Below are positions 38,629 through 53,200 of a stretch of DNA of 64,000 nucleotides, piece after piece (within the stretch, counting starts at the first letter, position 1; each line of letters begins with the position of its first letter). The stretch lies in assembly GCF_009914755.1 (NCBI RefSeq), contig NC_060929.1. One strand, given 5' to 3'. The DNA comes from the human T2T-CHM13v2.0 reference genome, Homo sapiens. The position numbers were made by a program, and so were the translations under genes. The notes under the pieces were generated by a model. It was not told the DNA's origin and did not search any database. It saw only the letters and a program-made list of their open reading frames with translations.

Positions 38629-40016
38629 TCTTTAATCCATCTTGAGTAAATTTTTATAAGGTCTAAAGAAGGGGTCCAGTTTCAGTTTTCTGCATATGGC
38701 TAGCCAGTTTTCCAAGTACCATTTATTAAATAGTGTATGCTTTCCCCATTGCTTGTTTTTTGTCTCATTTGTCTGATATCTGATAGTTTTAGGTGTGTGA
38801 TCTTATGTCTGGGTTTTCTATTGTGTTCCATTAGTCTATGTGTCTGTTCTTATACCAGTACCATGCTGTTTTGGTTACTATAGCCCTGTAGTATAGTTTT
38901 AAGTTGGGTAGCATGATGCCTCCAGCTTTGTTCTTGTTGCTTTGGATTGCCTTTGTTACCTTGGGCTCTTTTTTGGTTCCATATGAATTTTAAAATAGGT
39001 TTGTCTAGTCCTTTAAAAAATGTCATTGGTAGTTTAATAGGCATATCATTAAATCTATAAATAGTTTTGGGCAGCATAGCCATTTTCACAATATTGATTC
39101 TATCCATGAGCATGGAATGTTTTTCCATTTGTTTGGACCATCTCTGATTTCTTTTAGCAGTGTTTTGTAGCTTTCCTTGCGGAGATCTTTCATCTCTGTA
39201 CTTAGACATGTTCCTAAGGTTTTTGTGTTTTTTTGGTTGTTGTTGCTGCTGCTGTTCTTTTTGTTTTGTTGTTGGCAATTGCAAATGGGATTGCATTTCT
39301 GATTTGGCTCTCGGCTTTACTGTTTTTGGGGTATAGGAGCGCTAGTGATTTTTGCATTGATTTTACATCCTGAGACTTCGAAGAAGTTGCTTACTAGGTT
39401 AAGGATCTTTTGAGCCAAGACTATGGGATTTTCTAGATATAGGATCATGTCAACTACAAACAGGAATAGTTTGACTTCCTCTCTTCCTGTTTGGATGCCC
39501 ATTATTTTTTTTCTCTTGCCTGATGGCTCTCTCTAGGTTCTAATACTATGTGAATAGTAGTGGTGTGAGAGGGCATTCTTGTCTTGTGCCAGTTTTCAAG
39601 GGGAATGCTTCCAGGTTTTGCCCATTTAGTATGATATCAGCTGTGGGTATTCCATATATGGTTCTTATTATTTTGAGGCACGTTCCTTCAATACCTAGTT
39701 CATCATGAGTTTTAAAGAGTTCTTATCAGGAAGAAGTGTTCAATTTAATGTAAAGTCTTTTCTGCAACTATTAAGATAATTATGCGCTTTTTGTCTTTAG
39801 TTCCATGTATGTGATAAATCACATTTATTGATTTGTGTGTGTTGAACCAACCTTTCATCCCAGGGATAAAGCCTATTTGATCGTGGTAGATAAGCTTTTT
39901 GATATGCTGTTAGGTTTGTTTTGCCAGTATTTCATTAATGATTTTTGCATTGATGTTCATTGAAGATATTGACCTGAAGTAGTGTGTGTGTGTATGTGTC
40001 TGTATGTGCATGCACA

Positions 40017-40047
<31 letters not shown>

Positions 40048-40113
40048 CAGGTTTTGGTATCAGGATGATGCTGGCCACACAGAATGCATTAGCGAGGACT
40101 TCCTCCTCCTCAA
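38626..40113 (-). mobile_element. Older L1PA ORF2 segment (host of the full-length L1)
   Basis: Decayed ORF2 RT (ORF 39317-39502 '[18 protein letters not shown]'); sequence resumes at 46696. Confidence 0.93.
39983..40043. repeat. Interrupted (TG)n microsatellite
   Basis: TG runs inside L1 ORF2. Confidence 0.9.
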
Positions 40114-43100
40114 TTTTTTTTTTAACTTTAAGTTCCGGGATACATGTGCAGAACATGCAGGTTTATTACATAGATATATGTGTGCCATGGTGGTTTGCTG
40201 CACCTATTGACCCATCCTCTAAGTTCCCTCCCCTTGCTCGCCAACCCCCAACAGGCTCTTGTGTGTTATTCACCTTCCTGTGTCCATGTGTTCTCTTTGT
40301 TCAACTCCCACTTATGAGTGAGAACATGTGTTGGTTGGTTTTCTGTTCCTGTGTTAGTTTGCTGAGGATGATGGCTTCCAGCTTCATCCATGTCCCTGCA
40401 AAGGACATGATCTCACTCCTTTCTATGGCTTTGTAGTATTTCATGATGTATGTTTACCCCATTTTCTTTATCCAGTCTATCATTGATGGGCATTTGGGTT
40501 GGTTCCATGACTTTCCTATTGTTAATAGTGTTGCAGTCAACAAACATGTGCATGTGTCTTTATGGTAGAATGATTTATATTCCTTTGGGTATATAGCCAG
40601 TAATGAGATTGCTGGGTCAAATAGTATTTCTGTTTCTAGATCCTTGCAGAATCCCATACTGTCTTCCACAGTGGTTGAACTAATTTACTTTCCCATCAAC
40701 AGCATAAAAGCATTCGTATTTCTCCACAGCCATGCCAGCATCTGTTATTTACTGACATTTAGTAATAGCCATTCTGACAGTAATGAGATGGTATCTCATT
40801 ATGGTTTTGATTTGCATTTCTCTAATGATCAATGATATTGAGCTTTTTTTTGTATGTTTGTTGGCCACGTAAATGTTTTCTTTTGAGAAGTGTCTGTTCG
40901 TATCTTCTGCTCACTTTTTGATGGGGTTGTTTATTTATTTCTTGTAAATTTGTTTAAGTTCTTTGTAGATTCTGGATATTAGCCCTTTGTCAGATGGGTA
41001 GATTGACTTTCTCCCATTCTGTATGCTTCCTGTTTATTCTGTTGGTAGTTTCTTTTGCTGTGCAGAAGCTCTTTAGTTTAACTAGATCTCATTTGTCAGT
41101 TTTGGCATTTGTTGCAATTGCTTTAGGCATTTTCGTCATGAAGTCTTGGCCTATGCCTATGTCCTGAATGGCATTGCCTGGGTTTTCTGCCACAGTTTTT
41201 ATAGTTTTGGGTTTTACATTTAAGTCTTTATTCCATCTTGAGTTAACTTTTGTACAAGGCATAAGGAAGGGATCCAGTTTCAGTTTTCCGCATATGGCTA
41301 GCCAGTTTTCCCAGCATCATTTATTGAAGAGGAGATTCTTTCCGCATTGCTTTTGTCAGGTTTGTCGAAGATCACATCATTGTAGATGTATGGTGTTATT
41401 TCTGAGGTCTCTCTTCTGTTCCATTGGTCTATATGTCTGTTTTTGTACCAGTGTCATGCTGTTTTGTTTACTGGTGCCTTGTAATATAGTTTGAAGTCAG
41501 GTAGTGTGATACCTCCAGCTTCGTTCTTTTTGCTTAGGATTGTCTTGGCTATATGGGGTCTTCTTTGATTCCAAATGAAATTTAAAGTAGTTTTTTCTAA
41601 TTATTTGAAGAAAGTCAATAGTAGTGTGATGGGAATAGTATTGAATCTATAAATTACTTTGGGCAGGATGGCGATTTTCACAATATTGATTCTTCCTATC
41701 CATGAGGATGGAGTGTTTTTCCATTCGTTTGTGTCCTCTCTGATTTCCTTGAGCAGTGGTTTGTAGTTATCCTTGAAGAGGTCCTTCATATCTCTTGTTA
41801 GCTGTATTCCTAGATATTTTATTCTCTTTGTAGTGATTGTGAATGGGAGTTCATTCATGATTTGGATCTCTGCATGTCTATTGTTGGTGTAAAGAAATGC
41901 TTGTGATTTTTGCACATTAATTTTGTATCCTGAGACTTTGCTGAAGTTGCTTATAAGTGTAAGGAGCTTTAGGCTGAGATGATGGGATTTTCTAAATATA
42001 AAATCATGTCATCTACAAACAGAGACAATTCAAATTCCTCTCTTCCTACTTGAATACCCTTTATTTCTTTCTCTTGCCTGATTGCCCTGGGCAGAACTTC
42101 CAATAATATGTTGAATAAGAGTGGTGTGAGAGGGCATCCTTGTCTTGTGCTGGCTTTCAAAGGGAATGCTTCCAGCTTTTACCCATCCAATATGATATTG
42201 GCTGTGGATTTTTCATAAATAGCTCTTATTATTGTGAAATATGTTCCATCAATACCTAGTTTATTGAGAGTTTTTAACATGAGGGGATGTTGAATTTTGT
42301 CAAAGGCCTTTTCTGCATCTATTGAGATAATCATGTGGTTCTTGTCTTTGGTTCTGTTTATGTGATGGATAACATTTATTGATTTGCATATGTTGAACAA
42401 GCTTTGCATCCCAGGGATGAAGCTGACTTGATTGTAGTAGAGAAGATTTTTGTGCTGCTGGATTCAGTGTGCCAGTACTTTATTGAGGATTTTGGCATCA
42501 ATGTTCATCAGGAATATTGGCCTGGAGTTTTCTTGTTTTGTTGTCTTTGCCCAGTTTTGGTATCAAGATGATGCTGGCTTCTTAAAATGAGTCCCTCTTT
42601 TTCAGTTGTTTGGAATAGTTTTAGAAGAAATGATACCAGCTGCTCTTTGTATTTCTGGTAAAATTAGGCTGTGAGTCCATCTGGATCTGTGCTTTTTTTG
42701 ATTGGTAGGCTATTAATTACTAACTCAGTTTCAGAACTTGTTATTGGTCTATTCAGGAATTCAACTTCTTCCTGGTTTAGTCTTGGGAGGGTGTATGTGT
42801 CCAGAAATTTATCCATTTCTTCTAGATTTTCTAGTTTATTTGTGTAGAGGTGTTTAGAGTATTCTCTGATGGTGGTTTGTATTTTTGTGGGGTCAGTGGT
42901 GATATCCCCTTATCATCTTTTATTTATTGTGTCTATTTGATTCTTCTTTCTTTTTTCTTTATTAGTCTAGCTAGCCATCCATTTTATTAATTTTTTCAAA
43001 AAAAAACAGCTTCTGGATTCATTGATTTTTTGAAGGGTTTTTCTTGTCTCTATCTCCTGTTCAGCTTTGATCTTAGTTATTTCTGGCATTTTTGGATTAG

Positions 43101-43283
43101 TTTGCTCTTTCCTCTCTAGCTCTTTTAATTGGTGATGTTATGGTGTAGATTTATAATCTTTTAGCTTTCTAATGTGGGCATTTAGTGGTGTAAATTTCCC
43201 ACTTACCACTGCTTTAGTGGTGTCCCAGAGATTCTGGTATGTTGTCTCTTTGTTCTCATTGGTTTCAAAGAAATTATTGATTC

Positions 43284-43495
43284 ATGGACACAGGAAGGGG
43301 AACATCACACTCTGGGGACTGTTGTGGGGTCGGGGGAGGGAGGAGGGATAGCTTTAGGAGATATACCTAATGCTAAAGGATGAGTTAATGGGTACAGCAC
43401 ACCAGCATGGCACATGTATACATATGTAACTAACCTGCACATTGTGCACATGTACCCTAAAACTTAAAGTATAATAATAATAAAATAAAAAAATA
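43284..43495 (+). mobile_element. Young 5'-truncated L1PA3-like 3' end nested antisense in L1PA8A ORF2
   Basis: 'atggacacaggaaggggaacatcacactctggggac...ccctaaaacttaaagtataataa'; 17-bp TSD aaagaaattMttgattc (43267-43283, 43496-43512). Confidence 0.96.
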
Positions 43496-43512
43496 AAAGA
43501 AATTCTTGATTC

Positions 43513-44314
43513 TACATTAAATTCATTATTTACCCAGGAATCATTGAGGTGAAGGTTGTTCATTTTCCATGTAATTGTATGGGTTTGAGTGAATTTCTTA
43601 ATCCTGAGTTCTAATTTGATTGCATTGTGTTGTGAGATACTGTTTGTTAGGATTTCAGTTGTTTTGCATTTGCTGAGGAGTGTTTTATTTCCCATTATGT
43701 AGTCAATTTTAAAATAAGTGTCGTGTGGCACGGAGAAGAATGTATAGTCTGTTGATTTGGTGTGAAGAGTTCTGTAGATATCTATTAGGTCCACTTGATC
43801 AAGAGCTGAGTTTAATTCCTGAATATCCTTGTTAATTTTCTTTTTCTCTGATCTGTCTAGTATTGACAGTGGAGTGTTAAAGTCTCCCACTATTATTGTG
43901 TGGGAGTCTAAGTCTTGTTGTATGTTTCCAAGAACTTGTTTTATGAATCTGGGTGCTCCTGTATTGAGTGCATATATATTTAGAATAGTTAGCTCTTCTT
44001 GTTGAATTGTTCCCTTTACCATTATGTAATGCCTTTCTTTGTCTTGTTTGATCTTTGTTGGTTTAAAGTCTGTTTTGTCAGAGACTAGTATTGCAACCCC
44101 TGCTTTCTTTTGGTTTCCATTTGGTTGGTAAATTTTCCTCCATCTCTTTATTTTGAGCCCATACGTGTCTTTGCACATGAGAAGGGTCTCCTGAATACAG
44201 CACCCTGATGGGTCTTGACTCTTTATCCAATTTGCCAGTCAGTGTCTTTTAATTGGAATATTTAGCCCATTTACTTAAGGTTAGTATTGTTATGTTTGAA
44301 TTTGATCCTGTCAT
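43513..44314 (-). pseudogene. L1 ORF2 APE-like endonuclease domain remnant
   Basis: ORF 43354-44178 contains AGVAILVSDK, LTILNIYA, GDFNTPLS; N-terminus frameshifted after the ATG at ~44314; SKIDH and SDH motifs altered to FKIDY and SQH. Confidence 0.9.
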
Positions 44315-46695
44315 CATGATGCTGTCTGGTTATTTTGCACAGTAGTTGATGTGGTTTCTTCAGAGGGTCATTGGTCTTTACATTTGGGTGTGTTTTTGCA
44401 GTGGTTGGTACTGGTTTTTCTTTTCCGTATTTAGTGCTTCATTCAGGAGCTCTGGCAAGGCAGGCCTGGTGGTAACAAAATCCCTCAACATTTGTTTGTC
44501 TGGAAAGGATTTTGTTTCTCCTTTGCTTGTGAATGAAACTTAGTTTGGCTGGATATGAAATTCTGGGTTGAAAATGATTTTCTTTAAGAATGTTGAATAC
44601 TGGCCCCCAGTATCTTCTGGCTTGTAGAGTTTCTGCTGAGAGGTCTGCTGTTAGCCTGATGGGCTTCCCTTATAGGTTACCTGGCCTTTATTTCTGGCTG
44701 CCCTTAACAGTTTTTCCTTCATTTGACCTTGGATAATCTGATGATTATGTGTTGATTATGTGATGATTATGGGTTGATCTTCTCATGGAGTATCTTAGTG
44801 GTATTCTCTGTATTTTCTGAATTTGCATGTTGGCATGTCTTGCTAGGTTGGGGAAGTTCTCCTGGATAATATCCTGAAGTGTGTTTTCTACCTTCTTTCC
44901 ATTATCCCCATCTCCTCCATGTACTCTAATCAATCATAGGTTTGTTCTTTTTATGAAGTCCCATATTTAATGGAGGCTTTGTTCATTCCTTTTTTTTCTT
45001 TTTTCTCCATTCTTGTCTGCATGTCTTATTGCAATAAGTTGATCTTCAATCTCTGATACCCTTTCTTCTGCTTAATCAATTCGGCTACTGATACTTGTGT
45101 ATGCTTCACAAAGTTCTCATGCTGTGTTTTTCAGCTCTATCAGATTATTTATGTTCCTCTCTAAACTGATTATTACAGTTAGCAGCTCCTCTAACCTTTT
45201 ATCAAGGTTCTTAGCTTCTTTGCATTGGGTTACAGCATGCTCCTTTACCTCAGCAGAATTTTTTATTAGCCATCTTCTGAAACTTACTTCTATCAATTCA
45301 TCCATCTCATACTCCCTCCAGTTCTGCATCCTTGCTGGAGAGGCACTGCAATCATTTGGAGGAGAAGAGGCAGTCTGGCCTTTTGGATTTTCAGCATTTA
45401 ATCATTGATTCTTTCTCAGCTTCATGAGTTTGTCTAGTTTTGATCTTTGAGGCTGCTGCTTTGGATGGGCTTTTTGCGGGGACTTTTTTTTTGTTGATGC
45501 TGTTGTTGCTTTGTTTGTTTTTCTTTCAAGGGTCAGGTCTCTGTTCTGTAGGACTGCTACAGTTTGCTGGGGTTTCACTTCAGGCCCTATTCATCAGGTT
45601 CACTACCATGCCTGGAGATGTCACTCAAGGAGGCTGGAGAACAGCAAAGATGGGTGCCTACTCCTTCTGGGATCTCTGACCTGAAGTGACACCAACCTGA
45701 TGCCAGTAGGATTGTTCCTGTATAGGCTGTCTGACAACCCCTGTCAGAGGGTCTCACCCAGCTGGGTGGTGTGGGGAACAGGACCCATTTAATGAAGCAC
45801 TTGACTGTCTCTTGGTGGAGGGGGTGTGCTTCACTGGGGTGAAACCCACTTGTCTGGAACTGCCAGGAGGAAAGTCTAAGTCTGCTTGTCCACAGAGTCT
45901 GTGGCCACCCCTCCCTCTAGGGGCTCAGGCCTTTAGAGATCAAGGTTCTGTCCATAAGCCTCTGGCTGGTGTTGGAGTTCCTATAGGGAAACCCCACCCA
46001 GTGAGGAAGGATGGGTCAGGGTCAGGCCTGTAGAGGCAGTCTGGCCGCAGTCTGCCGTAGCCAGTGTTTTGGACTCTGGGGGACATCTCCTGGGAGCAAG
46101 CTATCCAGCTTCCCTGGCTCCAGCAGGGGAAATGCATGGCCTGGAGCTATAGAGATGGATGCTGCCCTTCCCCCATCCAGGGAGCTTAGCATATTAGGCA
46201 TTTATGAGTCCCTTTGCTGGTTGCTGCCCCTCCCCCAGGAGCTCAAAGGGCTTAGCAGGCAGCTGCAGCTGTGGTGCTGGTCTCCTCTCCCCTCAGGACC
46301 TCAGGAGGCTTAGGCAGGTTCCAGCTGAGAGGCTGTTGAGTATCTGCAGGGCTCCCAGATTTGGATCCTAGGACCCGCTGGCATGAGTTTGTGAGTGAGC
46401 TGTAAAGTTCCGTGGAAAAAGCACGGTTTCCCTGGCTGGGTAGCACTCCCTCACTGCCTCCCTTGGCTGGGGGATGTGGGGTGAGATCTCCCCTGCCCCG
46501 TGTGGCTCTCAGGTGGGCCACTGTACCACACTGCCCTTGCTTCCTCTCCATGGATCATGCCAGCCACCTAATCAGTTCTGATGAGAGAATCTGGATACCT
46601 GGTTGCCGGTGAAGGATTCATATGCTAATTATGGTTCTTTTCCATAGGAGCCTCTGATGGCTGCTGTTTCTAGTTGGCCATCTTGGCCCTGCCCC

Positions 46696-47846
<1,151 letters not shown>

Positions 47847-47890
47847 GAGAATACATATTTTCTTTATGGTCTTAAAAATACATTGTTCAG

Positions 47891-48510
<620 letters not shown>

Positions 48511-48801
48511 TGATGGGCAACAACTTCTGTGGTCATAAACTCCCTTAAAAAATCTTTTTGGAAGGTGCAAGATGAAAAGCCACTAAAGAAAGAGTAAAGT
48601 GATTTATAGAAATACAGAAAAATAAATATCATGAAAAGTATGAAGGGAGGGTTTCAAAAAAAAAAAAAAACTTCAAACATACCCAAGCTGCTGATGGAGA
48701 GGGATGAGGAAGAGGAAGTAGAGGAGGATGGAGACTAAAATAAACAAGAAAGTTGTGTCCAAGAGCAAGAGGCCATCTATGATCCATAAAAGAAGAGATT
48801 C

Positions 48802-49323
48802 TGTGGTGGGGGAGCCACAGCGTCAGGACATAGGAAGTCAGTAAAGTATTCATTCCCTTGTGTATTCTCCTCCCCTTTAGTGTTGTCTGGACCTAATAAC
48901 TTGCTTCTGCTGAGTAGATTGTGGCAAACTAATAGTATATCACTTCCAATATTAAGTTACAAAGAGACTGTGACCTAAGTCTTGGGTGTGCTTTCCCTCC
49001 CTTTCCATAAGGCATCTCACCCTTCCTGAGGTAGGCCAGCTGCCATGTCCTGAGGTAAACCTATGAAGAGGCCCATGAGAGGGAACTTAGACATGAATTT
49101 CTAGGACATTGAATCAGATCTTTCAACTCCAGGAAAGCCTTGAGATGACTGTTCCCACCTGCTGACAGCTTGACTGCAACCTTGTCAATAAGAACCTTAA
49201 GCCAGAGGCACCCAGTTATACTGTGTTGGGATTCTTGATCCACAGAAACTGTGAGATAATAAGTGCTTGTTGTTTTAAGCTGCTAATTTTGGGGGTTATT
49301 TATTACACAATATGTAAGTAATG
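48802..49323 (+). mobile_element. MLT1F-like MaLR LTR
   Basis: 'gccagctgccatgt...gccttgagatgactg...gacagcttgactgcaacct...cacagaaactgtgagataataa...ttttaagctgctaa'. Confidence 0.85.
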
Positions 49324-50480
49324 TTCCATTAAGGCAAACGATACGTAAGATTATTCAGTGGCATTCTTATCATCACAGCCTTCTTTACATTCTTCTCCTT
49401 AGATTATTTCCCTTAATTTCTTACGTTCTCTTCAGTATTGCCATAATCCAGTTTCCTCTGTACCTAGTCATCTTTGACTTACATGTGATATTATATTTAG
49501 ATCAGTTCCAAGATTGAGTCAGCCTGCATAGTAACCCTGCTCTCTTGACTTTGAGAGTAAGGTTGACTGGCATAGGTTGCCTCTATTTAGTCCTTATTTT
49601 TAAACACCATTGACTTTCAACATCAAAATGACTCTGTTGAACGGTATCCTAAAGGGTCTGTGCAAGGTGCTAATACAATAGTGTCCTTTCAAGAAGTTGA
49701 GTTGCCCAGGTCAGCTGAGTTTATAGGATTAGAAGTTATTCGAAGGTATTTCACATAAAGGTGATAGTTAAGTCCAAAAAAGAATAAGCCGTCTAAAGGT
49801 GAGAATGTAGGGCCTCAAAAAAGTTTGAAGTAATGTGTTTGTGTGTGTTGCCAAAGGGAAGGAGAGCAGAATAATTTCTTTTAGTCTTTTTTTTTTTTTT
49901 GTCACCTCGCCATTTGATAGCATTTGCTGACACCATCTAATTCATAGTAAAATATGCGATGAAAACTCTGGAAAAGCATTATTACCACTAACCCATTTCT
50001 CAAGAATATTGAAGAATTTTTTTGGGGATAGCCAAATTTCTAAAGTAATTGCCTGAGAGTAAATCTGTTGATATGGCAATAAGATGATGAAGAGATCATG
50101 GCGCTGTCCTCTAAATTTTCCTTAAGCCCACTGAGCTGTGAAGGCTGGGTCTAATGCACTTTGTTGCGATTTGAACCTCTGCTGAGAGTACATTATTAAC
50201 AGTGTTGTAAAACAAGGCTGCCGAGGACTCGGGCCAAGAACCTCCCTGTAGTATAGAGGAACTAGGCAATGACTTTGCCTGCTGAAGCCAAATCAACTGA
50301 CTTGTTCTGTCAAAACTACCAGTCAAGCTGCTTATTTGACACTGGGGAGAGAAAATGACCTGAAGATTGTCTGAATTTTGCTGTTTACAATCATCTCTGC
50401 TGGCACCATGCATGAAGACAGACTTATTACTAAAACTCTGTATTTCCACCTTTTATTCCCTAAGCTAATTTTTACTGTTA

Positions 50481-50782
50481 ACACTGTAGTGATTAAAAGG
50501 ATGGGCTTTATCACTTCTTGGCTTTTTGACTAAGATCAAGTGTAGAAACATCAGCTTCAAGGTCAAATAACTGGTCAGGAATTTGGCTTCATCCCCTAAT
50601 AGTTCTAAATCTTTTCCCAAAAATAGATGAATCGTCTGAGTCTCAGTTTTCTCATCTGTAAACAGGCATCATAATAGTACCTAACTCCTAAGGTGGAGAG
50701 GGTTATAAAGACACAGGAGGAAATATATGGAAAACTTTTAGAATGTTGGCACATAGCATTTAATAAACTGTAGCTATTAATA
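50481..50782 (+). mobile_element. MIR SINE interrupted by a U2 fragment
   Basis: 5' 'tgtagtgattaaaaggatgggcttt'; core 'tctgagtctcagttttctcatctgtaaa...ataatagtacctaactc'; end 'taataaactgtagctatta'. Confidence 0.8.
50510..50545 (+). pseudogene. 3'-truncated U2 snRNA retropseudogene (U2 nt 1-36)
   Basis: ATCACTTCTTGGCTTTTTGACTAAGATCAAGTGTAG vs U2 ATCGCTTCTCGGCCTTTTGGCTAAGATCAAGTGTAG: 32/36, all four differences are transitions. Confidence 0.9.
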
Positions 50783-52109
50783 TTTTGCTATTATCAGTAT
50801 TAATAGCTCTTAATTGTATTAAATTATCCATAAGCTTTAGTGAAAAATCCATTTATGTTTTAATTCCACTTATTTTTATTTTCATAGAACATTGAGCTCT
50901 TTTAAAGGACTACTGCTCTGATCAAAGTTAAAGAATTTAGTTTACAAAATTTAAAATATTTTCCTAAAGTTAAAGGTATAATTAAATATTATGATTACAA
51001 ATATACCGAACTCTATAACTTTTGGGTCTTAAAGTGTATGTTTACTTCTCTATTTGATTTTTAATTTAAAATGTAATAACTGTACATTTATCAGTATTAA
51101 ATTTTCTCTATTCACTGAAAAATCAACAGAATTGGGTTTTCCTTTAGGTTTGGGAAGAGATTGTCCCAAGTGTAATTTTTTTGAATATAATTTCAAATCA
51201 GTTGTTCTTGGTGTTTATTGCTTTATTCATTACTAACGAAAAAGCCATATTTTTCTATATGTTTGCATATATAAGGAATTGTGTGTTCATAATGCTTTCG
51301 TATATACCCCAGCTTAAGTGCTTTTCTGATGAACAGGTAAAAGTAGACAGATATTCATTTTTCTGCCAGCATGATCAACATTTAACTGGGAATACTAAAT
51401 TTGTTTATTGTTTTTTATTTACCTTTTTCTCCCCAGAGACCATTATAATTCAACCGTCTTACTACATGAGGGTCAAGGTTGTTGTTTTTGTCTTTTCTGT
51501 TGTTAAAATATACACACCCTAAATATAGACAAAGAAATACATATTGGCAAGAAGACTGAGACGCTTGGAGGCCTTGGCCAGGACTTTCCATTAGTCACAG
51601 TCTGATTGATTAAATACTATCTAGGGCACTTTATTTAGTGGTATTTACACTAATGGTGGCATGAAGTCTTTGTTTATTTAACTACAAGAATTTCTGTAAA
51701 ACTATATGGGTTTTTGAGAACAGTTCCATTACAGTCTATCTTGCTTACAAATTCATATATGTCAGGATCATATAATGACTGGACCCTCTAACCTTTTGTT
51801 AAAACAGATTTCTAGTTTTGAAACTTTCTTTTCTAAGTGTAACGACAGCATTTAGAACAGCCCTAGAATTTCAAAAATATCCCAAACCAAAAAATGTTTG
51901 ATACTTTTACTAACTACAGCTTTGGAAATGCATTTATTCTTGAGGGATATTAAATAAAGAATAGGTGAGTGTTCTAGATATATTCATTTCAGAGCTATAT
52001 GGCATGGATGTGGATCTCTAGCATATTGTAAAATATTAGTCCACAATATGTTTTACACCCAATGTAATTCTATTATTATTTCCAAGAAGATATTTTGCAC
52101 TCTTGGATG

Positions 52110-52790
52110 TTGATTCATTAAATCACTTATTCAATGATTATTTATTGCCTGAAGCAATATTTTGAGTTCTGTAATTACAGTAGTGAACAAACAAGGTTAC
52201 TTTCCTGAAGGAACTTACTCTTTGGACAAATAAGTCAATTCATACTGTGTCAGATGCTGAAAAAAAATGCAAAGAAAGGAAATAAAGCAAATGTAGAAGA
52301 AACAGGAATGCATTAAAGTTGAGAGGGATGGTATAATCACTCTAGATAGATAAGGCTTCTCTACAGTAATTATAAGGCTAAGGCAGAGGTAATGTTGGAG
52401 TATATAAGGAAATGAGAGGCCTAGCCATATTTAGGGTATTCCAGTAGACACGAGTATGATTGACATATTCAAGAAACAGTGTTAATGCTGATGTGGCTGA
52501 AGCAAAATGGACAAATGAGAAAGTAGTTGGGAATGAAGTTAAATGGTGGAGATGAAGGAGTTACCATATTGAGCCACTGGAAAACATTGTAGGGACCCTG
52601 GCTACTCCTCAAATTGAGATGACAAACATGGAAGAGTTTTTAGTAGAGGAGGGCACTAAGTTTTCTTAGGAGGATTCTATTACTGTTTTAGGAGGATTCT
52701 CTGGTTGCTATTCTGTAAGAAGAGACTGAAGAAAATGGAGCATGGGAACAGTCAGCAAGGTCAATTAGTAGTCCAAGTAAGATGAGAACT
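52110..52790 (-). mobile_element. L2 relic
   Basis: 'ttcattaaatcacttattcaa...tatttattgcc...cagtagtgaacaaacaa' and 'ggattctctggttgctatt...gtagtccaagtaagatga'. Confidence 0.7.
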
Positions 52791-52849
52791 GAAAATTGGC
52801 TATCGACTTTAGCATTGTAAAGACCACCGTGATGACCTGATAAGAAAGC

Positions 52850-53200
52850 CACCACAGGTGGATTTTCCACAAGCAGACCGTGAGATGGACTTTGGCTAGC
52901 TGAATATTTATTAGAGATTTACACCTGTGGGAGAGAGGAGAAAGCTGTATTAGAGTAAGAATTTGAACGGAACAGTGATGCAGGCTCAAAAAAGCCTTGG
53001 ACAATCCCATACATACATGAATTTAAATGAAATGTCAAGAGTGTCCTGCATTAAGCTTAAATATTTGGGTCTTTAAAACGTACCACAATAGTCACTGGAT
53101 GTGTGCCTGCTAGGAGAGGCATATGGTTGGACAAGGTAGCTCTCTGCAACTAACGCAAACCCTGAAAACCCTGAAAGCTGAAGTCTGTATGTTCGATGAT
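52850..53200 (-). mobile_element. Ancient ERVL-class LTR (LTR33/LTR16-like)
   Basis: 'ggtggattttccacaagcagaccgtgagatgga...tatttattagag...acacctgtggga'. Confidence 0.5.

Larger units (their letters stand above)
40114..46695 (-). mobile_element. Near full-length L1PA8A-like LINE-1 (5' UTR, ORF1, ORF2, 3' UTR), inactive
   Basis: Minus-strand start GGGGCAGGGCCAAGATGGCC; ORF1 remnants ('LQDIIQENFPNLAR', 'NINNLIELKNTA'); ORF2 EN/RT remnants; 3' UTR 'cccatcctctaagttccctcccc'; degenerate TSD tcctcctcaa/ttctccttaa. Confidence 0.96.

Noticed and set aside
39935-40436. Cys/Val- and His/Thr-repeat ORFs
   Set aside because: Translations of the (TG)n microsatellite and antisense L1.
40114-46695. Retrotransposition-competent L1
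   Set aside because: ORF1 and ORF2 are broken into many short frames, the RT motif reads FVDD, and ORF2 carries a nested insertion.
45440-46695. CpG island or host-gene promoter
   Set aside because: The GC-richer stretch is the L1 5' UTR and its CpGs are mostly decayed.
50510-50545. Functional U2 snRNA gene
   Set aside because: Only 36 nt of U2 is present, with no Sm site or 3' stem-loops, and it sits inside a MIR.
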